Positions 27,908 to 38,058 of a stretch of DNA of 64,000 bases are shown here, piece by piece; the first letter of the stretch is position 1, and every line of letters begins with the position of its first letter. The position numbers were made by a program, and so were the translations under genes. The stretch is from Bacillota bacterium (GTDB taxonomy: Bacteria; Bacillota; Clostridia; Lachnospirales; Cellulosilyticaceae): the NCBI GenBank assembly GCA_023436395.1, contig JAEZJJ010000004.1, forward strand, positions 2,285 through 66,284, in the 5' to 3' direction. The notes below the pieces were generated by a model that searched no databases, was not told the DNA's origin, and saw only the letters and a program-made list of their open reading frames with translations.

Positions 27908-29071
27908 ATGACAAAGAAGTTATATTATAGTGATAGTTATTTATCTACTTTTACTGCAATAGTATTAAGTTGTAGAGAAGATAAAAATAATTATGAGGTA
28001 GTCCTAGATCAGACTGCTTTTTATCCTGAAGGAGGCGGGCAACCTGCTGACGAAGGTGAATTAGATGTGGCAAGAGTAAGCCATGTCTATATTAAAGGTG
28101 ATGTCATTTACCATATTGTTGATAAACCATTACAAGTAGGAAGTTGTGTTGTGGGAAAAATAAATTTTAATAGGCGCTTTGATTTTATGCAACAACACAG
28201 TGGTGAACATATTATTTCAGGCCTTATTAAAAAACAGTATGGCTATAATAATGTAGGATTTCATTTAGGCATAGAAAACATGACTGCTGATGTAGATGGA
28301 GAATTAACAAATAAGCAGATTATGGAAATAGAAAAGTTAGCTAATGAAGCTATTTATAAAAATCTACCAGTGCAAGCGACCATTTATACACAAGAACAAG
28401 CAAGAGATATGATATACCGTTCTAAAATAGAAATTACGGAAGATATTCGACTAGTAGAGGTAGCAGAATATGATACGTGTGCTTGTTGTGGGACACATGT
28501 GAAGTTTACTGGTGAGATTGGGATAATTAAGGTTATTAGTAGTGAAAGACATCGAGGTGGTACCAGACTTACATTAACTTGTGGTAAGAGGGCGTTAAAT
28601 GATTATGGGAAGAAACAAGAAATCGTAAGTAGTGCCATGTTCATGCTTTCAGCTAAAGCTGAAAAGGTTATAGCGCTTATTCAAAAGTTACAAGAAGAAC
28701 TTAATGAAGCCAAGTTTAAATTAACAGAAGCCAAAGCAATGCTTTTTTCATATAAGGCAGAAGAATATATAAAGAGTAATCAAGCATCACTTTGTATTTA
28801 TGAGGAGGGTTTAGTTCCAGATGAACTAAGAAAACTATGTACACTCTTAATACAGAAGATAAATAAAACTTGCCTTGTAGTAACACCTGATGGAGCAGGA
28901 TTTAAGTATGCATTAGGAAGTAGTCAAGTAGATATAAGGCCTCTTTGTAAAAAAATGAATATGAAGTTTCAAGGTAAAGGAGGAGGTTCTGCTGAATTAT
29001 GCCAAGGTAGTTTAATAGGTGATTTAGATCAAATAAAAGATTTTTATAGGAAGAGCTCAATCAATAGTTAA
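27908..29071 (+). CDS. AlaX-L type alanyl-tRNA editing protein (AlaRS editing domain homolog)
   Basis: Zinc/editing motifs HSGEH and CCGTH. C-terminal DHHA1-like FQGKGGGSAELCQGS. RBS AGGAGG. Confidence 0.8.
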   Translation: MTKKLYYSDSYLSTFTAIVLSCREDKNNYEVVLDQTAFYPEGGGQPADEGELDVARVSHVYIKGDVIYHIVDKPLQVGSCVVGKINFNRRFDFMQQHSGEHIISGLIKKQYGYNNVGFHLGIENMTADVDGELTNKQIMEIEKLANEAIYKNLPVQATIYTQEQARDMIYRSKIEITEDIRLVEVAEYDTCACCGTHVKFTGEIGIIKVISSERHRGGTRLTLTCGKRALNDYGKKQEIVSSAMFMLSAKAEKVIALIQKLQEELNEAKFKLTEAKAMLFSYKAEEYIKSNQASLCIYEEGLVPDELRKLCTLLIQKINKTCLVVTPDGAGFKYALGSSQVDIRPLCKKMNMKFQGKGGGSAELCQGSLIGDLDQIKDFYRKSSINS

Positions 29072-29079
29072 GAATACAA

Positions 29080-29156
29080 TTATATCTTAGGTATTATATA
29101 AAGACTCATAGTAGTTAGCGTAATGATTATGGGATAAAGAGATACCTAAGATATAA
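29080..29156. repeat. 15-bp perfect inverted repeat with 47-nt spacer, 9 nt downstream of the alaX-like stop
   Basis: TTATATCTTAGGTAT (29080-29094) and ATACCTAAGATATAA (29142-29156). No T-run follows. Confidence 0.7.
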
Positions 29157-29595
29157 AGAGTTTAAGAGGCGATACGACACGAGATTATTTAACTCGGGTA
29201 TTTAGATATACACACTATGAACCGATAAAAATATAGAAAATGCAGGTGAAAAGTAAGTAAAGTATAGAGATAATTAACATTGTAGTAAGATAGAAGATGT
29301 TATAAAATAAATAGAAGAACAGTTACAAATGATGGTGCAAAGATTTAAAGTAAGTTATCCTAAAAATAACATTAAAAATCGTTTATTACATAGAAAATAG
29401 TAACAATAAAGCAATATATCATTAAAATAATGTTTATTAAGGAATATACTTTAAAAATGATAAGGGGTAAAGCTCTATTATTCATATTAAGTTGATATAT
29501 ATATTGAAGAGTTCTTTACAGTACAGTATAAGATAAGAGCACAAGAAGTAGCTGGATCCATCTTAAAGAAAGAGATTGGTAGAGATTAAGTGCAA

Positions 29596-30402
29596 ATGAA
29601 TATATTTGAAGAATTAAAGGATATGGGTTTTGAAAACTTAGAAAAAATAGATCTTTTTCCTGAAAAAGAAATTGTTGAAGAAACAGAAAACAAGCAAGGG
29701 AAGAGATGTACTGTAGAAGAAGTTTTATATGATAAGACATATGTTTGCCCAGTATGTAAAACAGAGTTTAAGACTAAGGCTATCCGATCTGGAAAAAACA
29801 GATTAATTAATTCAGATTTGGATCTAAAAGCAGAATATGATATAGTTAATCCTACGCTTTATGAATGTATTGTATGTGAGGCGTGTGGCTATGCTGCCCT
29901 TAATAAGAATTTTAGTACATTGACAACAAGTCAGATTAAATGGATTAAGGAACAAATAGTGTCTGCATATAAAACATATCATTATGAACCAATCATTGAT
30001 GAAAAGGCTGCAATATGTAGGTATAAGTTAGCCCTTTTAAATAGCTTTGTGAAAAAAGCAAAGGATGGAGAAAAGGCATATATTTGTCTAAAGATAGCGT
30101 GGATATATAGAGATTTAAAAGATGAAAAGCAAGAAAAGATATTTTTAGAGTATGCTTTAAAAGGGTTTGAAAATGCCTACACAAATGAGAGATTTCCAAT
30201 CTTTGAGTTAGGAGAACTCACCACGGCATATATTATTTCAGATATCTATAGAAGGTTTAAAGAGTACGATAAGGCTATGCAATGGATTAGCTATGTTATT
30301 CTGGATAAAAGCATATCCTTGCGGCTAAAAACCCGTGCATTACATCTCAAAGGGATCATTCATGATGAAAAAAAAATAGCAGAAAAATATCATGTAGAAT
30401 AA
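29596..30402 (+). CDS. DUF2225-family protein (N-terminal zinc ribbon, helical repeat C-terminus)
   Basis: CPVC...CIVCEACGYA Cys pairs in the N-terminal region. The start may be GTG 29590 or ATG 29596. Confidence 0.5.
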   Translation: MNIFEELKDMGFENLEKIDLFPEKEIVEETENKQGKRCTVEEVLYDKTYVCPVCKTEFKTKAIRSGKNRLINSDLDLKAEYDIVNPTLYECIVCEACGYAALNKNFSTLTTSQIKWIKEQIVSAYKTYHYEPIIDEKAAICRYKLALLNSFVKKAKDGEKAYICLKIAWIYRDLKDEKQEKIFLEYALKGFENAYTNERFPIFELGELTTAYIISDIYRRFKEYDKAMQWISYVILDKSISLRLKTRALHLKGIIHDEKKIAEKYHVE

Positions 30403-30501
30403 GTATAAACTAAAATAATAAATGATAAACTTGAAAGAGGTGAGGTGATTAGAATTTATTTCTAACTATCTCACCTCTTTTGATGATTTTAGTATAAAAG
30501 G

Positions 30502-30750
<249 letters not shown>

Positions 30751-31090
30751 TCATTCAGAAAATACTAGGGAGATAAACCATTAATTGATAACTTATAATG
30801 GAGTTTATAGTATTTAGTTAAAAAATAATTAGCTATAGAGTAATAAATACTATTGATAAGTAAAATACTATTAAGAGAGTTAAGTGAATTTTTATATAAA
30901 GCATAGAAATAATAAAGCATTATTGGTCAGAATGCCAAAATTAATATGAAAACTATTTATTTGGAAAAAATGTAAATATTTATTATGGGATATTCTATGG
31001 AATTTGAATAAGAATATGATATAATAAGACGAAAAATGTCATGTAAGTATATTATGAAGCAAAATCTTAAAGGAGACTAGAGATACTAAT

Positions 31091-32833
31091 ATGAGAAAAA
31101 CTAAAATCGTATGTACGTTAGGTCCAGCAACAATGGATGACAAGATACTAAAAAAATTAATGCTAGAGGGAATGGATGTTGCAAGGTTTAATTTCTCTCA
31201 TGGTACTCACGAAAGCCATAAAGCAACTTTTGAGCGTGTAGATACATTAAGAAGAGAATTAGATTTACCAGTAGCAATTTTACTTGATACTAAGGGACCA
31301 GAAGTAAGGGTTTGTCAATTTGCAGAAGGAAAAGTATCCTTAAAAAAAGATGACCAATTCACACTTACAAGTAGAGAGATTTCGGGAACAAATGAAATTG
31401 TTTCTATCACATATAAGAACTTACCAAAAGATGTCAAAGAAGGTTCAAGAATTTTACTTGACGACGGATTGATTGAATTAATCGTAGAAAAAGTAGTAGA
31501 TGGAACAGATATTGTATGTAGAGTTATGAATAATGGTGATGTATCTAACAATAAAGGTGTTAACTTACCAGATACAAGATTATCAATGCCATATTTAAGT
31601 GAAAAAGATACATCTGATATCATTTTTGGTATTCAAACTGGATTTGATTTTATTGCTGCATCTTTTGTAAGATGTGCTGAAGATGTACTTCAAATCAGAA
31701 AGATTCTCGAAGAACATAATTGTCATACAATCAATATTATTTCTAAAATTGAGAATCAAGAAGGTGTAGATAATATTGATGAAATCATTCGTGTTTCAGA
31801 TGGAATTATGGTGGCACGTGGAGATATGGGGGTTGAAATTCCAGGTGAAGAAGTACCATCTATTCAAAAAATGATTATTAAGAAAACTGTTGCAGCGGGT
31901 AAACAAGTTATTACAGCTACACAAATGCTAGATTCAATGATGAAAAACCCAAGAGCTACAAGAGCTGAAATTAGTGACGTTGCAAATGCTATTTATGATG
32001 GTACAAGTGCCATTATGTTATCTGGTGAAACAGCAGCAGGATTATACCCAGTAGAAGCAGTACAAACAATGGCAAGAATTGCTTTAAAAACAGAAGCAGA
32101 CATTGATTATGTAAAACGTTTTAAAGAAAGAGTGACTAAAGGAACCAATAATGTAACAAGCGCCATTTCACATGCTACTTGTACAACAGCTCATGATTTA
32201 GGGGCAGCTGCTATTGTAACTGTAACAAAATCAGGTAGGACAGCTAGAATGATTTCTAAATTTAGACCATTATGCCCAATTTTAGGATGTACAACTTCAC
32301 CAAGTGCATATCGTCATATGAGTTTAATGTGGGGTGTAAAACCACTTTTAGTAGAAGAAAGACAGGATACAGACGCGTTATTTGAAGAAGCACTAGAAGT
32401 AGCAGAGCATACAGGTATGGTAAATAAAGGTGAATTAGTAGTAATCACTAGTGGATTACCAGTAGGCGTGACAGGAACAACAAATATGATTAAAGTAGAT
32501 GTGATTGGTCATATTTTAGTTTCAGGTGTAGGTGTAGGTTCAAAACAAGTTTGTGGTAACTTATGTGTATGTAAAACTGAGGAAGAAGCAAATGAGAAGT
32601 TTATTGAAGGAGATATTCTTGTTATTCCACAAACAACAAATACAATGCTTCCATTATTAAAAAGAGCAGCAGGAATCATCACAGAAGAAGAGGGAATGAA
32701 TTCACATGCAGCAATTGTAGGGCTTGCTATTGATATTCCGGTTGTTACAGGTGTAGAAAATGCCACAGATATTCTTAAAACTGGTTCAGTTGTAAGCTTA
32801 GATGCTAGCAGAGGAATTGTTTCAAGTAATTAA
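31091..32833 (+). CDS. pyk: pyruvate kinase with C-terminal PEP-utilizer (swivel) domain
   Basis: N-terminus MRKTKIVCTLGPA and motif MVARGDMGVEIP. An extra roughly 100-aa C-terminal PEP-utilizing mobile domain (TEEEGMNSHAAIVGLAIDIPVV). Confidence 0.95.
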   Translation: MRKTKIVCTLGPATMDDKILKKLMLEGMDVARFNFSHGTHESHKATFERVDTLRRELDLPVAILLDTKGPEVRVCQFAEGKVSLKKDDQFTLTSREISGTNEIVSITYKNLPKDVKEGSRILLDDGLIELIVEKVVDGTDIVCRVMNNGDVSNNKGVNLPDTRLSMPYLSEKDTSDIIFGIQTGFDFIAASFVRCAEDVLQIRKILEEHNCHTINIISKIENQEGVDNIDEIIRVSDGIMVARGDMGVEIPGEEVPSIQKMIIKKTVAAGKQVITATQMLDSMMKNPRATRAEISDVANAIYDGTSAIMLSGETAAGLYPVEAVQTMARIALKTEADIDYVKRFKERVTKGTNNVTSAISHATCTTAHDLGAAAIVTVTKSGRTARMISKFRPLCPILGCTTSPSAYRHMSLMWGVKPLLVEERQDTDALFEEALEVAEHTGMVNKGELVVITSGLPVGVTGTTNMIKVDVIGHILVSGVGVGSKQVCGNLCVCKTEEEANEKFIEGDILVIPQTTNTMLPLLKRAAGIITEEEGMNSHAAIVGLAIDIPVVTGVENATDILKTGSVVSLDASRGIVSSN

Positions 32834-32847
32834 GGTAGCAATATATT

Positions 32848-32900
32848 AAAACTCATAGTAATGTTAAGGCATAGGTTTTAACTTACTATGAGTTTTTTTG
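32848..32900 (+). terminator. rho-independent terminator of pyk
   Basis: Stem AAAACTCATAGTAA / TTACTATGAGTTTT followed by a T-run. Confidence 0.75.
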
Positions 32901-32915
32901 TTTCATAAAATAAAG

Positions 32916-32953
32916 AAAAACTAATGCAAACTGCTATTTTGCATTAGTTTTTC
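32916..32953. terminator. second, symmetric A/T-flanked hairpin (tandem or bidirectional terminator)
   Basis: AAAAACTAATGCAAA-CTGCTAT-TTTGCATTAGTTTTT. Confidence 0.5.
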
Positions 32954-33185
32954 TAATAAAGTGTATTATATTTATAACATCTAAAGTAAGAATATTACTT
33001 AGAAGTATCAAGGGGAATAATTTTATATTAGTAATAATTACTATAGGTTATAGGATAATAGTAAGTATACATAAATAATAAATTGCTATATAAATATCCT
33101 ATCATAAGAAGAGAATAAAGGTCAACTAGGTAAATAAATTTTAGGAATGTAAATATTAGCAGCTATCTTTTATAAAAGTAAAGCA

Positions 33186-33230
33186 AATAAAAAACAAACT
33201 AAATCAAAAATGAATTTAGTTTGTTTGAAA
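33186..33230 (-). terminator. rho-independent terminator of the minus-strand membrane protein gene
   Basis: On the minus strand: CAAACAAACTAAAT / ATTTAGTTTGTTT followed by TTTTATTT. Confidence 0.65.
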
Positions 33231-33236
33231 AAATAC

Positions 33237-34628
33237 TTAAAATATAAGATGAGCCATTAGTGTAATGATGGGAAGTGTAATGAATGTACGCTCAATAAAA
33301 ATAACAAATAACTCCCATAGTTTTACCGGAATCTTAGAACTAAGAATAAGAGCACCTACTTCAGAAAGATAAATAAGCTGTGTAACTGATACACTAGCTA
33401 CAATAAATCTAGTTAAATCACTTTCTATAGAAGAAGCCAATATAGATGGTAAAAGCATATCTGCAAAACCAGCAACTAAAGTTTGTGACGCAGCAGCAGC
33501 TTCTGGAATTCTCAGTAAATTGAGAAGTGGTATAAAAGGCATTCCTAATATTTGGAATAAGGGTGTATAGGTAGCTAAAATAAGTGCTAGTGTACCGATA
33601 GATAGAACAACTGGAATGACACCCACCCACATATCAAGTACATTTTTAGAACCATCTATAAGAACAGATTGTTTAAGAGTCTGTTTTTTTGCTTTTAGTA
33701 GAGCAGTATTCAATCCTTGTGAAAAAGTATGCTCAGCATTCTCAATAATATTTTCTGGAGTTGAACCATCATAGAGCTTATCTTTTTTTAAGGAAAGGGG
33801 AGGAATTTTAGGCATAATAATAGCAGCCATTAAACTAGCAATAGTGACAGTTAAATAAAAGGGAACAAAAAGGTGTCCTAGTTCAACTGTATTGATAACA
33901 ACTAAGCTAAATGTAATAGATACAAGAGAAAAGGTGGTACCAATTACGGCAGCTTCTCGTTTAGTATAGAATCCATCTTCATATTGCTTACTTGTTAGTA
34001 ATACACCTATAGTACCATCACCTAACCAAGAAGCAATACAGTCTATAGCAGAACGTCCTGGGAGGCCAAAAATTGGACGCATTATCTTAGATAAAAGTGT
34101 CCCCATAAATTCTAATAGTCCAAAATCTAACAGCAGTGGCAAAAATAATCCAGCAAATAAAAAGATGGAAAAAAGAACAGGAAGTAAATCTGTTAGAACA
34201 AGAGCGCCAGTATCTGGGGAACAAATCATTTCTATTATAGGCTGTATAAAGGCTGGAAATACTATTCCCTTTGCTTGGAGTATAATGATGCTAATAAAAA
34301 AGAAGGCTAAAATTCTTAAAGTAAGCCAAATCCAAGATGTATTAAAAAGAGCATTTAGAAATGGATTTTTTATAATATAACCAGGTTTCCATAAGCAGGT
34401 AATTAAACTTCCTAAAGCTGAAACGCTAATGATAATAAGTAGAATGATATAAATATAATTTTCTAACCAGCTTTGAAGACTCGTAGATAAAATAGCAATG
34501 GGGATAGTAATAGAATCTTCTTGAGGGAATGGGATTATAAATAGGAAAACACCTATTATTGAAGGAATAAAAAATTTAAGGAAAGAAGACAACGGATGAT
34601 TTAAGCGTTGTTTTTTCTGTGAATACAT
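33237..34628 (-). CDS. polytopic membrane protein, nucleoside-recognition (Gate) domain / YjiH-like family
   Basis: 463 aa with at least 10 hydrophobic segments. The family assignment comes from overall pattern only. Confidence 0.35.
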   Translation of the reverse strand: MYSQKKQRLNHPLSSFLKFFIPSIIGVFLFIIPFPQEDSITIPIAILSTSLQSWLENYIYIILLIIISVSALGSLITCLWKPGYIIKNPFLNALFNTSWIWLTLRILAFFFISIIILQAKGIVFPAFIQPIIEMICSPDTGALVLTDLLPVLFSIFLFAGLFLPLLLDFGLLEFMGTLLSKIMRPIFGLPGRSAIDCIASWLGDGTIGVLLTSKQYEDGFYTKREAAVIGTTFSLVSITFSLVVINTVELGHLFVPFYLTVTIASLMAAIIMPKIPPLSLKKDKLYDGSTPENIIENAEHTFSQGLNTALLKAKKQTLKQSVLIDGSKNVLDMWVGVIPVVLSIGTLALILATYTPLFQILGMPFIPLLNLLRIPEAAAASQTLVAGFADMLLPSILASSIESDLTRFIVASVSVTQLIYLSEVGALILSSKIPVKLWELFVIFIERTFITLPIITLMAHLIF

Positions 34629-35013
34629 GTGGGTAAATCCTTTCTGTAAATTATGTTAACCGTTATTATGCGTTATTATAACTGGAGAAGGTAAAAAAAA
34701 CAAGAGTTTAGTGAATAAATATACGTGAAATGATATATTGATGCATAATTTAAAAAAGTATGGCTATGCAGAAGCATGAACCATACTTGGAGAAAGGATA
34801 TTATAAAATAGAACATAGTTAGCATATATCAGATAGTATATAAAAACAAGGTGGTAGGGGTAATAAAAATATTTTGCGCTTAGGCATAGAATCCTCTATA
34901 ATAGAGGTAAATCGACAAGTACTTTAAAAAACTTAGAAATAAAATGTATAGTAAAATAGAAATAAATTAGAGCATTGAGGAAAACTAAAGGATGGTAATA
35001 TAAGGAGTAAAAA

Positions 35014-36483
35014 ATGGAAAGAATAAAAGAAGAGTTTAATCGATACAAATGGGTATTGTTAGCGGGTGTTATTGTAGCTATTCTCATAGGTCTGATTACG
35101 GCCAATCTGCATGTCTTAAAATTTATGACTTATAAGATGCATGGCAACACAACAGGTATTATAAGTATCTTAGAAGGTAGCGTGAAAAATAGTCAAGCAC
35201 AGTCAAGTTGGTATTTTTCTCAAGGAATTGAATATTTATTAAATCAAAAGGAGTTGTCAGAAGAAAGTAGCCAATTTTTTGAGAAAAACTTTGAGCATTT
35301 GACAATAGATAAGCAACTAGAAGTTATTGAAGGGTATAATAAAAAGAAACAGTTTATACCCATGAATAATATATTGATAAAAATATTACTAGAACATATA
35401 GAGGATTTACCAATACAAAATTATATAAAACGTATGGAGGCTAATGTACTTGAACAAGGTTTAGCTATCTATTATGGTAATAAAGTTGAGGTTAATCAGG
35501 CATTTATAGATCAGATGCATAAGGTTTTAAGTATTTACCCAAAAAGGTTACCTTTTGATAAATTTCAATTTGATCTTTATCCTATCCTAGCTTTAGAAGG
35601 TGAAGAAAATGGAACTAAAAAGATGGCTATATTTAATGGAATTGAATCAGCAAGAGCTAAAGAATTACTGCTAAAATCTTTAAAAAATCAATCTATTGAA
35701 GGTGAGCAGCTAAGAGAATGGGTAGAACTTTTAAATAAGACAAAAATTCTTGATCAAGCAACATATACACAATTTAATAATCTATATAGTGAAGTCTATC
35801 TTGTACGTAACCAATATAAGGAGTTAGAGGCAAGAGAGGTAGACTTAAAGAATAAAAAAGAAGCTGTGGAGGTACAGATAGGGCAAAGTCTTAAGGATCT
35901 AGAGAGTAAGCAAGAAGAAGTAGCCCTATTAAACAATACAATTAGTGGAATAGATAGCCAGTTAGCTGAGTTAACAGACTATGCGTATATGGCGTTGTAT
36001 ATTGAGAAATCCTCTGGTACAGGAAGCCATGAATATGAGGCTTCAATTCCAAAGAAAGGCCTATTTGGAAACTATAAACCATCGAGTCAAAAGTATATAG
36101 TGAAACTTTCGGATACAAGTTTCTTATCAGAAGGCGTGTATTATGTGGATATTTATTTAAAGGGGACAAAGGTGCATAGCAATGGAAATGAATATCCTTA
36201 CTATGTAGAGGTATCTAGTAGTGAACTAAGTAATATAGCATTATTGCAACAACAAAGACAAGAAAAAGCTAATGAAAGAAAGGTACTTGAGCAAGAAGTA
36301 AGTGAATTAGAAGTGCAAGTTAATTCTATCAAAGAGCAAATGGGATATGATGAGAATCAAGAGGCACTTAAGAGTATTGCAGTAGAAAGAGGTGAATTGG
36401 TTAAAAAATTAAATGAAAAAATAGTTGAGATCAAAACAATGTTTGGTCTTAGTGAGTTGAAGATAGAAATGAAGGTAAAGTAG
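35014..36483 (+). CDS. hypothetical membrane-anchored protein with C-terminal coiled-coil segments
   Basis: RBS AAGGAG. One N-terminal TM segment (WVLLAGVIVAILIGLITANL). Heptad-rich stretches at about aa 260-320 and 410-470. I recognise no family. Confidence 0.5.
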   Translation: MERIKEEFNRYKWVLLAGVIVAILIGLITANLHVLKFMTYKMHGNTTGIISILEGSVKNSQAQSSWYFSQGIEYLLNQKELSEESSQFFEKNFEHLTIDKQLEVIEGYNKKKQFIPMNNILIKILLEHIEDLPIQNYIKRMEANVLEQGLAIYYGNKVEVNQAFIDQMHKVLSIYPKRLPFDKFQFDLYPILALEGEENGTKKMAIFNGIESARAKELLLKSLKNQSIEGEQLREWVELLNKTKILDQATYTQFNNLYSEVYLVRNQYKELEAREVDLKNKKEAVEVQIGQSLKDLESKQEEVALLNNTISGIDSQLAELTDYAYMALYIEKSSGTGSHEYEASIPKKGLFGNYKPSSQKYIVKLSDTSFLSEGVYYVDIYLKGTKVHSNGNEYPYYVEVSSSELSNIALLQQQRQEKANERKVLEQEVSELEVQVNSIKEQMGYDENQEALKSIAVERGELVKKLNEKIVEIKTMFGLSELKIEMKVK

Positions 36484-36528
36484 AAGAAGTACACTAAGAG
36501 CTTACAGTAACTCGAAGAAAAAGGATTT

Positions 36529-36581
36529 AAATAAACCTCCTTATAAATCATATTGATAGGTGATTTTAAGGAGGTTTATTA
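36529..36581 (+). terminator. hairpin terminator after the coiled-coil protein gene
   Basis: 14-bp stem AATAAACCTCCTTA / TAAGGAGGTTTATT with a 23-nt loop. Confidence 0.45.
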
Positions 36582-36698
36582 GGTCTAATATAAAAAGTTA
36601 TACTTATTTAAAATAAGTGTGGAAACAATGAAGAATTAAATATATAATTTAAAGTAGCTAGAAATCATTTAGGATGATTTTTAGATGAAGGAGATACT

Positions 36699-37157
36699 AT
36701 GGAAAAAGATATTGAGTTTATGAAAGAAGCATTAATTGAAGCACACAAGGCATTTGCATTAGATGAGTCACCAATAGGGGCTATTGTTGTATATGAAGGA
36801 CAAATTATAGGTAGGGGGCATAATAGAAGAAACACGGATAAAAATGCCTTAGCACATGCTGAAGTAATGGCAATTAATGAGGCTTGCCATTATATTCAAG
36901 ATTGGAGATTGGAAGAGTGCACGATTTACATTACATTAGAACCTTGTCCTATGTGCAGTGGTGCAATTGTACAAGCTAGAATCCCGAAAGTTGTTTTTGG
37001 GGCACGTAGTCCAAAAGCTGGTTTTGGAGGTTCTGTGTTAAATATATTGCAGATGGAAGAACTTAATCATCGTTGTGAAGTAGTAGAAGGTGTTTGTGAG
37101 GAAGAGGCAAGAGAATTACTCAAAACTTATTTTAAGCAAATGAGAGAAAAAAATTAA
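36699..37157 (+). CDS. tadA: tRNA adenosine(34) deaminase TadA
   Basis: CDA zinc motifs HAEVMAI and TLEPCPMCSGAI. 152 aa. Confidence 0.95.
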   Translation: MEKDIEFMKEALIEAHKAFALDESPIGAIVVYEGQIIGRGHNRRNTDKNALAHAEVMAINEACHYIQDWRLEECTIYITLEPCPMCSGAIVQARIPKVVFGARSPKAGFGGSVLNILQMEELNHRCEVVEGVCEEEARELLKTYFKQMREKN

Positions 37158-37175
37158 AATTATTGGAGGGGAATT

Positions 37176-37610
37176 ATGGCAGCAAATTTAAGACATAAAA
37201 AGGCGAGAATGCTTAGAGATTTTATGATTGAAACTAAAACTATTGAAATGTTTAAAGAAGAAGAAAAAGACGATACAATCTTCTTTAGAAGTATTTATCC
37301 AATGGGTGAAGAGAAAAAACAAGTAGTTATTACTATTAACGATACAGTTTATTTAGGGGTTCAATCATTACTCATTAGTGAAATACCTGAAGAAAGAAAT
37401 GCAGCATTACTTGATTGCCTAAATGAATGCAACTTAGAATTACCTACTGTAAAATATGTATTAACAAAAGATCAGTGTGTTGTTGTATCTATGTTCTTTC
37501 CAGCGGATCATGAACACTTTAATCCAGGATTAATTATGGGAGCTATTGTACAAGTAATGAAAAATGTAGCTGAAAGACATTATAATAGAATTAAAGCAGC
37601 TATAATATAG
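37176..37610 (+). CDS. hypothetical protein, YbjN-like (secretion-chaperone-like fold) candidate
   Basis: RBS GGAGGGG. 144 aa. The family call is by pattern only. Confidence 0.35.
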   Translation: MAANLRHKKARMLRDFMIETKTIEMFKEEEKDDTIFFRSIYPMGEEKKQVVITINDTVYLGVQSLLISEIPEERNAALLDCLNECNLELPTVKYVLTKDQCVVVSMFFPADHEHFNPGLIMGAIVQVMKNVAERHYNRIKAAII

Positions 37611-37631
37611 AATAAAGAAGAAAGACATACA

Positions 37632-37660
37632 TTGACATATAGCATGAAAAAGGGTATACT
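37632..37660 (+). promoter_or_regulatory. sigma-A promoter for the SRP RNA precursor
   Basis: TTGACA (37632-37637), 17 nt, TATACT (37655-37660). Confidence 0.6.
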
Positions 37661-37690
37661 AGTATTCGTGACAGATACCCTGTCAAAAAA

Positions 37691-37959
37691 TTTCCGTGCT
37701 AGCTGGGGAGGTAGCGGTGCCCTGTACCTGCAACCCGCTGTAGCAGGAGTGATGCTTCGTCTGAGGCAGGAATTTGTATAGCCTGCCCTTAATAAGTGGC
37801 GATGAGGATTGGGTCTTACGCAATAGGCACTTATGAACCGTGTCAGGTCCGGAAGGAAGCAGCACTAAGTAAGAACGTTTATGTGCCGTAAGGTTGCCTA
37901 GTCTGAGTTAACTGTTAAGGTAACGTATATGGCTTTCTGTCGAAGCGAAGTGCACGGAT
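37691..37959 (+). ncRNA. ffs: signal recognition particle RNA, long Bacillus type (scRNA with Alu domain)
   Basis: Near-colinear with B. subtilis scRNA as I remember it. 5' CCGTGCTAGCTGGGGAGGTAGCGGTGCCCTGTACCTGCAA, domain IV GTGTCAGGTCCGGAAGGAAGCAGCAC, and a 3' GTGCACGG that pairs with the 5' end. Confidence 0.95.
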
Positions 37960-37980
37960 TATTGAATAAAGACAAGTAAT

Positions 37981-38012
37981 GACTAAGTCTATTGAGATTT
38001 AGTCTTTTTTTT
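37981..38012 (+). terminator. rho-independent terminator of the SRP RNA
   Basis: Stem GACTAAGTC / GATTTAGTC followed by TTTTTTTT. Confidence 0.8.
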
Positions 38013-38052
38013 ATATTAAAAACTCTTTAGCCTATAAATGCTATAAGCTAAA
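38008..38052 (-). terminator. terminator of the AraC-family gene (symmetric, could act in both directions)
   Basis: AAAACTCTTTAGC / GCTAAAGAGTTTT 13-bp stem flanked by A- and T-runs. Confidence 0.7.
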
Positions 38053-38058
38053 GAGTTT

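Noticed and set aside
37683-37865. 60-aa minus-strand ORF.
   Set aside because: It lies entirely inside the SRP RNA gene, whose conserved domain IV and 5'/3' pairing are unambiguous.
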